64,000 nt of DNA, taken from positions 310,001 through 374,000 of the forward strand of contig QPGO01000058.1 of the NCBI GenBank assembly GCA_008632985.1. Direction: 5' to 3'. Below the pieces are notes generated by a model, which was given only the letters and a program-made list of their open reading frames with translations, searched no databases and was not told the origin of the DNA. The position numbers and the translations under genes are program-made. Positions within the stretch are counted from its first letter, which is position 1. Each line of letters opens with the position of its first letter. The DNA comes from Psammoneis japonica. Lineage: Eukaryota. This document shows, in pieces, positions 1 through 11,161 of this stretch.

Positions 1-1160
1 GATCAGGCTGGGACCTGGCGCCAAAAAGCTCCTCCTCAAAGTCTCCCCAAAAAGCCCCAAAAGAGATCAGGCACTCACAGAACATGCTGAAATTAGAAAA
101 TTTAAATGCAAAGAGATGCAACAGCATGATGGCACCATCCCCCCGAGTGCAGACACAACAAAGTGTCCCCTCCGACACCTTTTGGTTTCTCTGTCATTGG
201 CGCAACTGCCTGATGTCCCAAAGTGCCCAAGGAGGTTGGCATTCCACCACACTCTCACAAGGGACAATCCTGCAGGCACTTGCATGGAATTGTGGTTTTT
301 GTGTCAGAGACAAAAGAAGTTGAAGAAGTGAGTGGGGTGCTTGGCTTCACATGGATCAGGTGGGGGCCAACACATTCGCCCGACGCGACACACACGTCCT
401 GACAAAGTCATCATTGCTGATGGCACTGTGATTCTACACAATTCTTTGGGCATGAAAGACAAAGTTGTGAGAGGCATGATTTCAACAGCTTGAAGGAGAC
501 ATTGTGGCAAATTGAATTTGCCCCAATTGCAAATTGTGCACATGCGTGCAACCAAAGCTTCTCTGTTGTGTCCCATTTAGTTGTGTGCGAAACAAGGTGT
601 GAACCATTTTGTCCTTCCCACACAAATCTGCCATTTTGTCCCGCACTGACAAAAAGAAGATGTTCAAGAAATGACTGGTTGATCATGACATCTCAATCAC
701 TGTGATGTGATGATGTCAGTGTGTTCTTTTTGAAAGATCGATCTTTCTGAGGTGTCAGCTTCCGATGCATGGCATGTGACATGCACACAAGATGTGTGGT
801 GCAAACAGGCACATGCACGCATGCACACATGCACTCAGCTGACAAAGCAAAGCCCTGTGCTCCCCCAGAAGTGGGCCTGCCTGGTGCAGCGACTGGGCAA
901 GCTCTCTCTTTGTGCCTTCTCTTTGTGCCTTCTCTTCTGCATTTCTTGGCTAAATGACCCAAAAGGATGCTGTGTTTGTCCCCAAACAGTTTTTGGAGCA
1001 ACGGGCCAGCTTGCCAAAAAGAGGCCCATGTGCAACAACAACCTGGCACAGAAACAAATGTCGGGGTGTGGCTCTCTCTCCTTGTGCTTTCCTCTCTGCC
1101 ATGTTGCAAAAACATGGCAAAACAGTGTTTCACTTTCTTGCACTGCTGCAAAACAATCTC

Positions 1161-1559
1161 GATGTGTTCCAGCTCTGGGTGGGACCTGTGCTGCTGAACT
1201 GTGACATCAATGGTTTTTTAGATTATGCCGCATGTCGCGCATGCAGATGGCTGCATGTGACATTCTATGAAATTGTTTCATGCTTCCTGTTTTGCGAAGC
1301 CAAAGGCTTTCTATTTTCAACATTTGTGAGAGTGAAAATGCGCTGGGTGTGTTCTTTGGTGTCTGCAGAACATGCCCGTGCAAACTGTCAATGACATGCT
1401 TCAAGTGTGAAGGAGGAGATGCATTCATAAAATTGCCTCTTTTTCTGTTGGTGATCATTTGTGTTTTGGTCACTTGATGAATTCACCATGGAGCTTGCAC
1501 ACAGAGTTCTGTCATGGGCCCAATGTCACACGGAGTCCCACCTGGGGCTGGAACCCATC
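1161..1559 (+). mobile_element. Non-autonomous TIR element (MITE family A), copy 1
   Basis: Imperfect ~25-bp TIRs GATGTGTTCCAGCTCTGGGTGGGAC...GTCCCACCTGGGGCTGGAACCCATC, flanked by a 4-bp direct repeat TCTC/TCTC. Colinear with 30836-31230. Confidence 0.85.
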
Positions 1560-1687
1560 TCTCAAACAAAGGCTCGTTTGGCGCTTGCATCTGCAGCGGG
1601 CACTGCAGTGTGTGTGCATCAAAAGGAAGGAGGAGAAAAGATGTGCTCGCACACTCCTTGGGCTTTCCAAGACAGGGTCAGAGCTTG

Positions 1688-1990
1688 TGCACACAACAAC
1701 ATGTGAAAAAAGTGAGGTGCGCAGCTCCTGTGGCAAGTGACAAGACAAGGGGCTCAAACAACACATTCTTCTTCTTGTGCAGCCAATGGCTTGAAGATGA
1801 AGTGGTCCCAGATGAGTTTGCAGCCACCCAACACTGAGCTGCGGTGCAGCAGGATGAGAGGTGTGTGCTCATTTGCGCTTCTTGCCACACTTGCGCAAGA
1901 GCGATGCTGCGTCCACAACACCAATCATGTCAAATTGATCTGTCCGCTGGCCACGCCCCACTCCCGGATTTAGATTCGGATTCCGCTCAC
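1688..1990 (+). repeat. ~300-bp dispersed direct repeat (second copy at ~2870-3255)
   Basis: Shared blocks GCACACAACAACATGTGAAAAAAGT, CATTCTTCTTCTTGTGCAGCCAATGGCTTGAAGATGAAGTGGT and GCCCCACTCCCGGATTT. Confidence 0.8.
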
Positions 1991-3325
1991 CACCTTCCAA
2001 CCTACCCATCTTTGCACGTTTTGGTTTTTTGCGGGTTTCCCTGCTCCCATCAACCTGCCAATGCACAATGCTTTGCTTTGTCTTGCAGCACCTTGCCACC
2101 CTTGAATCTGGAAAGTCATCTCACATGCCATTTTGCCAGTGGCAGCAAAACAAGAGAGAGAGCCCTTGAGCCAAGAGAGTGCAGTGGCCCTTGCTTGTAG
2201 ACAAAATCACAGTGGTGTGGTCATGCTTGTGAGCCTGTCTCATCTTCAGGAGGTTTGGTGCTTGCATGAATCTGCAGAGCTCTGCGAAATGCAAACAATG
2301 TGTCTGGGCACTCCACAAACAACTGTGTTTGTCAAGCTGTTGTCAGGGTCAAAGATGGCTCAACAAGATGCTGCTCAAGCACAAAAATGTTCAAGATGTG
2401 CACTTGCAAAGCTGAGAAAATTTTTGTTCAGACACAATGTGTGCTCACACTCAAGCTCCAGCAAACAAATGATCTCACAAGCACCCGCTTCTGCAGCTGC
2501 TGCTGCTGGAAAGAATGACACTTTTGGTGGGTTGCCACATGAGGTGACATTGTGCCACACATGCCAGAAGTGGTGTGTGCCAGCCACTGCACTTTTGCCC
2601 AATCTGGAAAGCTCATTTTGCTGTGTGTTTCTTTGTGGTGCACCAGCACAGCAGCCCTGCACAAGAAAACAAAAAGAGCAGAAGAGTGGCAAGCAGTGCT
2701 TGAGCAGTGTGTGCCAAAATGGCAGTTGATGCACTTGCAGGGCTTTTGGGCACAAGTTTCCCCACAGTGCATTTGGCAGCTTTGAGATGATTTTTTGTTG
2801 ACTCTGAGCATGGTGCCATTTCTCAGCTGAGAAAATGGTGGGGACAGAGGCAGGGCCGGCTTGTGCTGCTGCACACAACAACATGTGAAAAAAGTCAGCT
2901 GCAGCTCCTGTGGCACCAAGCAAGAGAGGCAAACATTCTTCTTCTTGTGCAGCCAATGGCTTGAAGATGAAGTGGTTTCTCAGATCAGTTTGCAGCCCCC
3001 AGCCATGGTGAACCACAGCAGCATGAGAGGAGGCATGTGGGCATGTGCGCTTCTTGCTGCACTTGCCCAGAGAGCAATGCCATGTCCATCATCCATTGAC
3101 CACACCACCCAATTGTGTCAAATCAATCTGTCTGCTGGCCATGCCCCACTCCTGCATTGTGGAATTTGGATTCATGCTCCAATCGTGCCAAATCGATCTG
3201 TCCGCGCGCTGGCCTCGCCCCACTCCCGGATTTGGTTCGGATTTATTCCGCACCTTCGCCTTTTATTTGCACGTTCGGTTTTTGGTTTCCCTCCCTTCTC
3301 ACATTTTCAATTTCTGATTTTACAC

Positions 3326-4873
3326 ATGGGAAGTGATTTAATTATACGACCTAACGACAACGATGTGCTGTTGGGAAGAGGAAGGGCCCTTCGAGAGCAC
3401 AGTGGAAATCGCCAATTCATTCAGCTTGTGCGAAGCTACAAGAGCACGTATGATGTGGCCCCAAAACGGCATGTCAAGAACGAAATTGCGCACCGAATTC
3501 TTGATGCCGTGCATGCGAGGCAGGGACGCTTCTTGGAATTCACTGAATTATGCCAATGGAAAGAAATAAGTTCAGAGCGAGCCTTGCTGAAAGTCAAACA
3601 GGCATTGAGGGATTATGTTTACCAAAGGCAAGAAGGTATACATGGCAATCCAAACATACCGCAGAATCTGCCGACAACTTCGGAAAGCATTCAACTTCGA
3701 AAAGAAGAAAACTTCTTGCCCGAAACAGGGGTGCGAGTAGTCCCCGGGAAGATTTATCACATTGATGGGACAGACAGCATTTCTAGAATATTATCTGATC
3801 CACGAGATGGGGAACAATGTGATGTTTTCGCTCCCGAACCGTCGAAACAGCTAGACGAGGACAACACCGAAGAGTCGCTTCTCAACCCATTGGATGACCC
3901 ATTTATGACGAGTCAGGAAGTTGTGGCTGCCGAATTCTTGTTTTCCATCATGACGGAATCATGGTCTGGTCAGAAGCTTCCAGAAGATTTTGCGCTCACA
4001 CAAGAGGAAGAGCTTGCTGGCGTCGAAGACCTCTTTGGAAAGTTATGCGTCGCGACACCCCCACCTACAAAACGCTTGAAAACTACAGCAGATCGCGTTC
4101 CATCCAAATTGTCGGAAATGAAGCAACATTTAGAACTCATTCCGACAGTTGAGAAACAGGCTTGGATAGAGGCGCGGCAGAAGGCGCGAGATATAGAAAC
4201 CAACGACCAACGAATGGAGTTGTTTCTGAAACGGGAAAGCAATGATCCAGAGAGAGCAGCACGACGGTTCATTACATATTGGGAAGAACGACTGCAGTTG
4301 TTTGGGCCAGATAAGTTCTGTCTACCTCTATCGCTCGATGGAGCTATGAAAGATGCAGAAGCAGCTGTTCATGCTGGAGTGTTTCAACTGCTTCCTTCAT
4401 TTGATGAGTCAGGACGGCAGTTGATATTTGAAATGCCTTGTAGGAATGACTACAACGGATACGACAGCCGCAACTTGATTCAAGCGTACTGGTATGTCCA
4501 TGACGTCATATCATACCACCCCAATGCTGCCAATGGCAAAGTAGTATTATATTTTGCAAAAGGCGCATCAGCGTGGGATATTGACTTTGAACTAGAACGG
4601 GCCTTTTCTCATCTCGAAGAAAATGTGTTTCCAGTACCACTTCGTGGATCACACGTGTTTTCTTTATCTACTATTTTGTCCGAAGTCATGTTGCCAGTTG
4701 TGCTTGCCCTTCATGCTCGGTATCATCTTGCAAGACTTATCATACACAAGGTCTCGGAGGAGAAGATTGTGGAGACGCTATCATACTATGGTATTTCCAA
4801 AGATGCAATTCCTCGGAATATGGGAGGGACATGCGATTGTCAGCACTTGGAATGGATTGAAAGTCATTTCTAA
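3326..4873 (+). CDS. DUF6824-domain protein with C-terminal CRAL-TRIO/Sec14-like region
   Basis: ATG at 3326 in ORF 2861..4873. PNDNDVLLGRG..HSGNRQF..KVKQALRD is the diatom DUF6824 pattern. FLKRESNDPERAARRFITYWEERLQLFG and IPRNMGG resemble CRAL-TRIO-type motifs. Confidence 0.8.
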   Translation: MGSDLIIRPNDNDVLLGRGRALREHSGNRQFIQLVRSYKSTYDVAPKRHVKNEIAHRILDAVHARQGRFLEFTELCQWKEISSERALLKVKQALRDYVYQRQEGIHGNPNIPQNLPTTSESIQLRKEENFLPETGVRVVPGKIYHIDGTDSISRILSDPRDGEQCDVFAPEPSKQLDEDNTEESLLNPLDDPFMTSQEVVAAEFLFSIMTESWSGQKLPEDFALTQEEELAGVEDLFGKLCVATPPPTKRLKTTADRVPSKLSEMKQHLELIPTVEKQAWIEARQKARDIETNDQRMELFLKRESNDPERAARRFITYWEERLQLFGPDKFCLPLSLDGAMKDAEAAVHAGVFQLLPSFDESGRQLIFEMPCRNDYNGYDSRNLIQAYWYVHDVISYHPNAANGKVVLYFAKGASAWDIDFELERAFSHLEENVFPVPLRGSHVFSLSTILSEVMLPVVLALHARYHLARLIIHKVSEEKIVETLSYYGISKDAIPRNMGGTCDCQHLEWIESHF

Positions 4874-5653
4874 ATGCTAGTCATAGCGCTCGTGCCACCT
4901 TGCACGCGAATTGAATGCCAAGCTGCAGTTGTTGTCTCACTTCTTCTCTAGTAGAGTGCATGTCGAGCAGGAACAAAGATTGAGCTATTGAAGAATGTGA
5001 CGGAGATTCAGATGCGTCGCACCTTTTTAGTTCGGCCAGGCGACGTCTAGACAATTGGAATGCATTTCGAATGTTGATAGAAGCTTACGAAGCTTTGGCA
5101 GTAATGGTCAGAGACGCGAGTACAAGAAATGGGTTGCTGCTACAGTCTCTAGTCATCTGCGGCAAGAGCTACCACATACTGGTAGATAGAGAGTCTCAAG
5201 TTATGAGAGCTACGGTAGCTACTGTAGCTGCTACTCTACTCTAGTAGGCTACTACTAGCTAGCTAGAGAGTAGAGACTATCCATCGATCTATTTCCATCT
5301 ATCTTTTATGATATGAATACGGTAGTGTCGTACAGGTACATGCAACTTTTCTTGATCGCACGATTTGACCCAATTTCAAATTTTGTCAGCCAACGGGTGT
5401 CACCGTAGAATTCAGTACCAGGTTTGGTCGCACTTTCATTCCACGTCTGACTTTGATTGGCTACCTTTTGACACCGCGACAGCACCATGTCACAGAATCT
5501 GTCTCTGAGAAACACAAAACCGACGAATCATCAAAGTCGCGATCGATGGTTTCAAACCGATTCGTATCCCAACGTTTGTGTCATTCTTAAGAATCGCATA
5601 CTAACCTTGACATCTGTTCCCGGTCCGTTTCGTCAAACGTTCTAGAAATAACA

Positions 5654-7426
5654 ATGGCAGAAGCAATGCTCGAAGAAGAACTGCGGTCTTCGCCGATACC
5701 CGAGCTAAAAATTCCTGTCGAGAATCCGCAAGACGAGAAGGGTGGCAAGAAAAGACGCGAAGTACAATCAGAAAAGGGAGGAGGGGGAGAAAATCGCAGT
5801 AAAACGGTGCAAATAATGGTACCCCCAAAGCGACAGAAGCTATCACAGACGGTGACTGCAAAGCAAGTCATTGATGGTACGTAGCAACGACTTGGTTATC
5901 GAACCTCAGTTGTTCTTTCTCAACTCGGTCGCTCTCACGTACGTCATAGCGTTGAGTGTCAGTGTATCGCAAGAGAGCCGATTTCACGCTTTATCTGAGG
6001 CTTTGCTCTCTTTTGGCCACAGCATTGAATGTGCACATGACGAGGAGTTGGCGACGGGGGCCGACGCTGTCATGACAAAACACCTGGCTTTTCTACTGTT
6101 TCGAAAGTACCACGTGGAGAATGAGCCATACGGAGACCCGCAAGATTCTGATGTTTCGACTGAAATTAGTCAAACATGTGAAGTTCTTGAGTTGCTATAT
6201 CGAGGGTCTGTAGAGGCCATTGCAGCATCGTTTGACGGCGTGTATCAGGAACTACTTCCCCTGTTAATTTGCATAATTGACAAGGAGATTACTTTTCGAT
6301 TCTCGGGTAAGACGAGAAAGACCGAGACGACGGAGGCACTTCCTCGGGCAATCCTCTGTCTTCAGTGTCAGTTGGCAACACTAGTGAATCAAGCTGGGAG
6401 AACAAGGTTGCTGCGGTGGAATCCGTAGATGAATTGAGAAGCGGGGCCGTCTCACCACCTTTACCCGGAACACAATATGGTGGGAAAGAAGCCGGGGATT
6501 TGGCACTCCGAAAGGCAACCAAAATACTTGGCCACTTTGCCAGAGTTGAAGCAGCCACACAGCGAATGGCTCACCACCCCGGTCTTTTGTCTTGCCTAAT
6601 CAGTGTCATAACGTTCCTCCCATACGACGGAATTCCTGCGCAATCGCGTCTAACTTCACTGTGGATCCTGGGGAATCTAGCCTGTAACACCGAGAATATG
6701 GTAATGATGGCATGCCAACCTGGGATAATAAATACGCTTCTCATGTCGTTGGTTCGCGAAGTCCATGAAGACGATGCCGTGGAGGTGAAGATGGAGGTAT
6801 TGCGTTCCCACTCGATTGCTGCTCGAGCGTTGCACAATCTTTGCTGGGCACCAGAGAACAAGATTCCAATGTCTGAGAATAACAGCCTAATTGAAGCTTT
6901 GGTGAAGACATCCTTGCTCCGAACCCCACCGTTCGAGATGCGGATGCGGGGTGTGGCGGACATGATGGTGCAGGCTCGAAGACATTCTGTCAGTGCGTTG
7001 AGACAACTTGCTTCCGCTCCACGAAGGAACAAGATTCGAATTTGCAGTTACCGAAATGCGAAGATCTTGGATGTGTTGACGGATATTGCCAAGAACGATC
7101 CAGACTCACTTGTCAGCGAGAAGGCGATTGCTACCATTCACGCCTTGGCGTGTGTGGACACCGCCGAACAAATGATGGCAAGGCCAGAGCTTCTCGCTTT
7201 GCTGAAAGACACAATGCTTTCTGACGATGCGGCTGACGAGTATATGAAGAATAAGAAAATGGAGGCATCTGGGACTTTGCTTGTGTTGGAAAGAAGCATA
7301 TCAGAAGACATGCCACAATTCGATGCTCTGAGGGAGCTGTTGAACAGTGTTTATCCTCCTGCGCTAGAAAAGGACACGGAACAAAGCGACATGGGGGGGA
7401 GCGAATCATCGACTCCCGTTGCCTAA
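5654..7426 (+). CDS. Armadillo/HEAT-like repeat protein (spliced)
   Basis: ORFs 5654.., 5871.. and 6365..7426 join through putative introns ~5877-5949 (GTACGT..CATAG) and 6307-6365 (GTAAG..TTCAG, in frame). ARM-like segments LWILGNLAC, ARALHNLCW, VSALRQLAS. Confidence 0.7.
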
Positions 7427-7564
7427 CAAGGGAAAATTAACATTGATTCTGTTATAATCACCTGCAGTATCGGTGCCTGAGTCGTCATGTCCCATTTAAT
7501 CCGAGCTAACTCTTCTATCGTGAGGAGATTGATGATGTCGCGCAATTTCCGTAGCTGTTGAAGT

Positions 7565-8820
7565 AATGTAGCCTGCAAAAGAAAAGAGCACTCTAGAGAG
7601 AGTGGTGAGAAAAGTATTTGCATCCCACTGATAGTGAGTCGTTGTGGTTGTCTGCGCCGTAAGTTGCAGGTCTTGTGTTCTCTCAAGGGGTACGTACCGA
7701 TACGTTTGTCCCCAGCACAAAGCACCAAACGGAAATCCATCATGAGGGATAGAAAAAGAGCGTTTGCGGGTTGATGGGATCGTGGTACTTCTGCAAAGCT
7801 TCTTATGATGTGTTTAACGCTCCCATTGAACCCATCCTCTTTCTAACATGAGAAGCAAAGCTAGAGAAAGTAATGTTCCCGAGGTCGTCGATAGCACCTT
7901 GCAGAAGATCGCGACTCCATTGGCTGAACCACTCTCGCTCTCAACATTCCACGACTATAAGATTTGCTGGCGTCTTTTATTCTTCTTGCACGGTAGTACC
8001 AGATCCTGCTAGTTTCTTTGACAGGGACCCTTGGGCTACGTGCTCCTTTGAGCACGGTAAACGAATTCGAGCGCTCTTACCTGTTTAAAAAGTCTGTCGA
8101 ACGGAAGCAGCAATTTCACTCACAGTTTCGAACGAATGAGTTTCATTGCAAGATCTTTTTTAATTTACTTGGAATGATCTCTTCTACCGTGAAGCGACAA
8201 AATGATGTGGTACAGAATTCTGTAACTGAAGCAATGTAGTCTGCAAAAGAAAAGCGCACAGAGTGTGAGAATTGCTCTTCATCCCACAGATACTGTATCG
8301 TTGTGATTGTCTGCGGCGTTAGTTGTAGCTCTTGTGTTCTCTCAAAAGGCTACGTTAGTCCCCACAGCGCAAGGCACCAAACGAAACTCCACAACGTGGC
8401 ATGAAAAAGAGCGTTTGCGAGTTGATGGAATCATGGCGCATCTGCAAAGCGTCTTACGACATCTTCATGTAAGGTGGCTTCGACCATGGCTCCCGTTGAG
8501 CCCATTCTCTTTCTCACAACGTGACAAAGAGGCTAGTACTACCATTCCCGAGAAAACTCGGTTGGTCGTCGCAAGCACCCTGCAGAAAACCACAAGCCCA
8601 TTGGACCAACCCACACTCGCTCTCGACATTCCACGAGTTCACAAGATCCGCCGATACCTTGCATGTTTCTTGCACGGTAGTATCAGATCCCGTAAGTTTC
8701 TTTGACAGGGATCCTTTCGCGACGTGCTTCTTCAATCACAACAAACGAATTCGAACAATCTTACCTGTTTACAAAGTCTTCCGTTCAGATCCCGCAACGC
8801 ATTCAAAGTTTCGAACGAAT
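7565..8820. repeat. Diverged tandem duplication (~7565-8137 and ~8232-8820) including the hydrolase stop region
   Basis: Shared segments CTGCAAAAGAAAAG, GAGCGTTTGCG.GTTGATGG, TCTTGCACGGTAGTA.CAGATCC, TTTCTTTGACAGGGA and AGTTTCGAACGAAT. Confidence 0.75.
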
Positions 8821-10488
8821 TATGGTCGTTGTTCTACTATCAGTGTCTGGAGAGACGCTCTTCGACGGCTCGCGTTCTTTCTTCTTTTCGTCGTCGCGAG
8901 GCCCATGCTGATTTCCATATGGCAAAGTAGATAAAACAGCCTCAATAAAGTCTGCTGTGGCAGTGTCTGCCCAGCTCGTGCCAAAGCCAAAAACGTTTTC
9001 GGCGTCTGGAGGACTTTCTTGCCAACCTAAGTGTCCACCGCATTTTGTAGTGACCACCATGACATTGGGGTTTTCTAAACAGAAGGACAGTTTGCGCGAA
9101 GACGGCCCGTACACTAGAAAATCGTCCTGCGACACCACATTGAGAAGAGGAACGGAAACATGTTGCACAACCCGATACGAGCTTCCATCCTCCCAGTATT
9201 CTTCTCCACCTTTATACCCAACCTTTGCATTGAAAGGGTAACTATCTTCATTCCGAATCATAATGTGCGACATGGCTTCGTCGAATGCGTCAAGTTTGTT
9301 TGCAAAAAGCGCCTCTCTAATCCTTTGCTGGTAATGAGAGCTTGTCATTTTCCGAAGCGTTTTCAAATGTTGCAGAATATGCACTCTTACACCTAGACTT
9401 AGGAGTTGCTTCCATGGTGTACGCATTGCCCGTGCATCCAACTTGAGCGGATTTCCCAAACTTATTCCTCCAGCCACACATTGTGGGAGACTGTCGCTCA
9501 AACCCTCCTCTCCAAGGTATTTGACAATAAGATTGGCGCCCAAGGAATTTCCCACCAAAAAGAGTGGCACGTCTTTAGCAAGACGGGTCGAAATGGATCG
9601 AACAACGTGGCGTAGGTCGCCCGTGTAGGACCCGTTGTATCCTCTTGGGGTCGTCAAGGGGACACCTCCGCATCCTCGAAAGTTCATGCCACAGGCAACC
9701 CAACCACGGTTGGTACAAGCACGCATGAGCGATCTCATGTATCCAAAACTGGCGTCGTTATTGATTCCATGAAGAATCAATACGACAGGTGCATCAATGG
9801 GACCACGTAAAATTTGTTCTTTTCGTTCGGTGGCGGTTTTTCGTGCAGCCACCGATGACGAGTACAAATCAACAGGCAACTCCCAATCAATGGCGATTGT
9901 TGCACCGTCCTGACTTGCGGTGAGTAATTCGCGAAAAAGTCTCGACTTGCCATGAGACGCTGGTCCTCCGGCTGCATATGCAACAGCACTCGCGAGGGAA
10001 CCTCGTGTTCCTACAAAGAGGCTGGGTTGAATTGTGCGAGACAATATAGATTTTTTCTTCTCAGTCAATCGACCATGAATTGCCTTCAACGGTCCATCCC
10101 GGCACTGACCAAAGACAAGCGGTGGACATGTCAAGCTCTGTTGCAATTGAATTTCGTAACCTAGACCCGCCGAAGACAGAGCAGCAAGCAACACGGTCCA
10201 ACCAACAGGTGTCTCTGGTAGATACTCAATGACAGACGATCCCCGACGCAAGATATCCTCCGAAAATTGACGAGACAGCCTTCGAAGTGAATCTCGCCTT
10301 GCGACAGGTCTCTTGTCTTTTGCAAGTTCCGATGTAACTACATCAGTCTCGTCGTCGTCAACAACAACAACTTCTTGAGAAGAGCAAGATGATTCTCTAG
10401 GCGACGACGATTCTTCTGTAGAAAACGAAATCACTTCCTGACATTCTTGAAATTCAAAATCAAGCTCATCTTCACTATGCTTGGACAT
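8803..10488 (-). CDS. Alpha/beta hydrolase, ABHD1-3/YheT-like, with C-terminal PTS1 (SKL)
   Basis: ILHGINN, NFRGCGG, GNSLG nucleophile elbow, SQDDF, GGHLGW. Ends ...RSKL*. Confidence 0.9.
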   Translation of the reverse strand: MSKHSEDELDFEFQECQEVISFSTEESSSPRESSCSSQEVVVVDDDETDVVTSELAKDKRPVARRDSLRRLSRQFSEDILRRGSSVIEYLPETPVGWTVLLAALSSAGLGYEIQLQQSLTCPPLVFGQCRDGPLKAIHGRLTEKKKSILSRTIQPSLFVGTRGSLASAVAYAAGGPASHGKSRLFRELLTASQDGATIAIDWELPVDLYSSSVAARKTATERKEQILRGPIDAPVVLILHGINNDASFGYMRSLMRACTNRGWVACGMNFRGCGGVPLTTPRGYNGSYTGDLRHVVRSISTRLAKDVPLFLVGNSLGANLIVKYLGEEGLSDSLPQCVAGGISLGNPLKLDARAMRTPWKQLLSLGVRVHILQHLKTLRKMTSSHYQQRIREALFANKLDAFDEAMSHIMIRNEDSYPFNAKVGYKGGEEYWEDGSSYRVVQHVSVPLLNVVSQDDFLVYGPSSRKLSFCLENPNVMVVTTKCGGHLGWQESPPDAENVFGFGTSWADTATADFIEAVLSTLPYGNQHGPRDDEKKKEREPSKSVSPDTDSRTTTIIRSKL

Positions 10489-11161
10489 GGCGTTGTGGGG
10501 CTTTCGAATCGTTCTACACACAACAACCACCTATCAGAGGATGATGCCGCATGCCATCAACAACAGCACGTCGTTGTGACAGCAACAGCGTGCATGAACG
10601 GCAAGATTTTCTGCAACCACGACTCCGCCGGAGCGTGCGCGTGTGGCGGAGGCGGACGGACGGATATCATAGCCGTTCTGTGACCGCGCGCGTAGCGCGC
10701 CGAGCGAGGTAGAAAGGGCCTCTCGCTTCCGCTGTGTTGATGCATGGGGGCTACTTACCGGTAGGGCCCTAGGACCACAGCTACGTTTTCAGAGCTACTA
10801 GCTAGAATCATACTGCATCATAGCAAAGAGCAAGAGAGTTGCTCAGGGGCATGTTGTTGGTTTTCTGGTCTTTTTTGGCGTGTGGAATGAAGGCGTCGGC
10901 GTTTTGTTTTCAACGATGGGCGGCAATGCTGATCGCGGCAAGGTATCGCGCGCGCGTGGACCGACTTGCGCCCTGCGCCTTTTTACAGCGACGACCAGCG
11001 ACAAACAGCCAATGACGACGACACCTTATCAGTGCGCATCTATCATTGTCAACCGTGTTTAGTCGACACAAAGCTCAAGCCCATTTGAATCGGTTGTTGT
11101 AGTTTGCCACAGATTGTGCCGTCCTATGTTCAGTATTACCGAAAACAAAAGTCAAAAAATC

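Larger units (their letters stand above)
1..3170. mobile_element. Decayed repeat/TE block 1 (TpA- and CpG-depleted)
   Basis: About a dozen TpA in 3.1 kb by eye, CpG sparse, TG/CA-rich. Six-frame ORFs are Cys/His-rich and almost Tyr-free. Contains a MITE and internal direct repeats. Confidence 0.8.

Noticed and set aside
2861..3325. 155-aa N-terminal extension of the DUF6824 ORF
   Set aside because: It starts at TTG inside the mutated repeat, and the open frame results from stop depletion. The ATG at 3326 directly precedes the domain.
8120..8240. Second IRSKL* copy as an alternative last exon of the hydrolase
   Set aside because: An in-frame TAA lies shortly upstream. It is better explained as part of the local tandem duplication.
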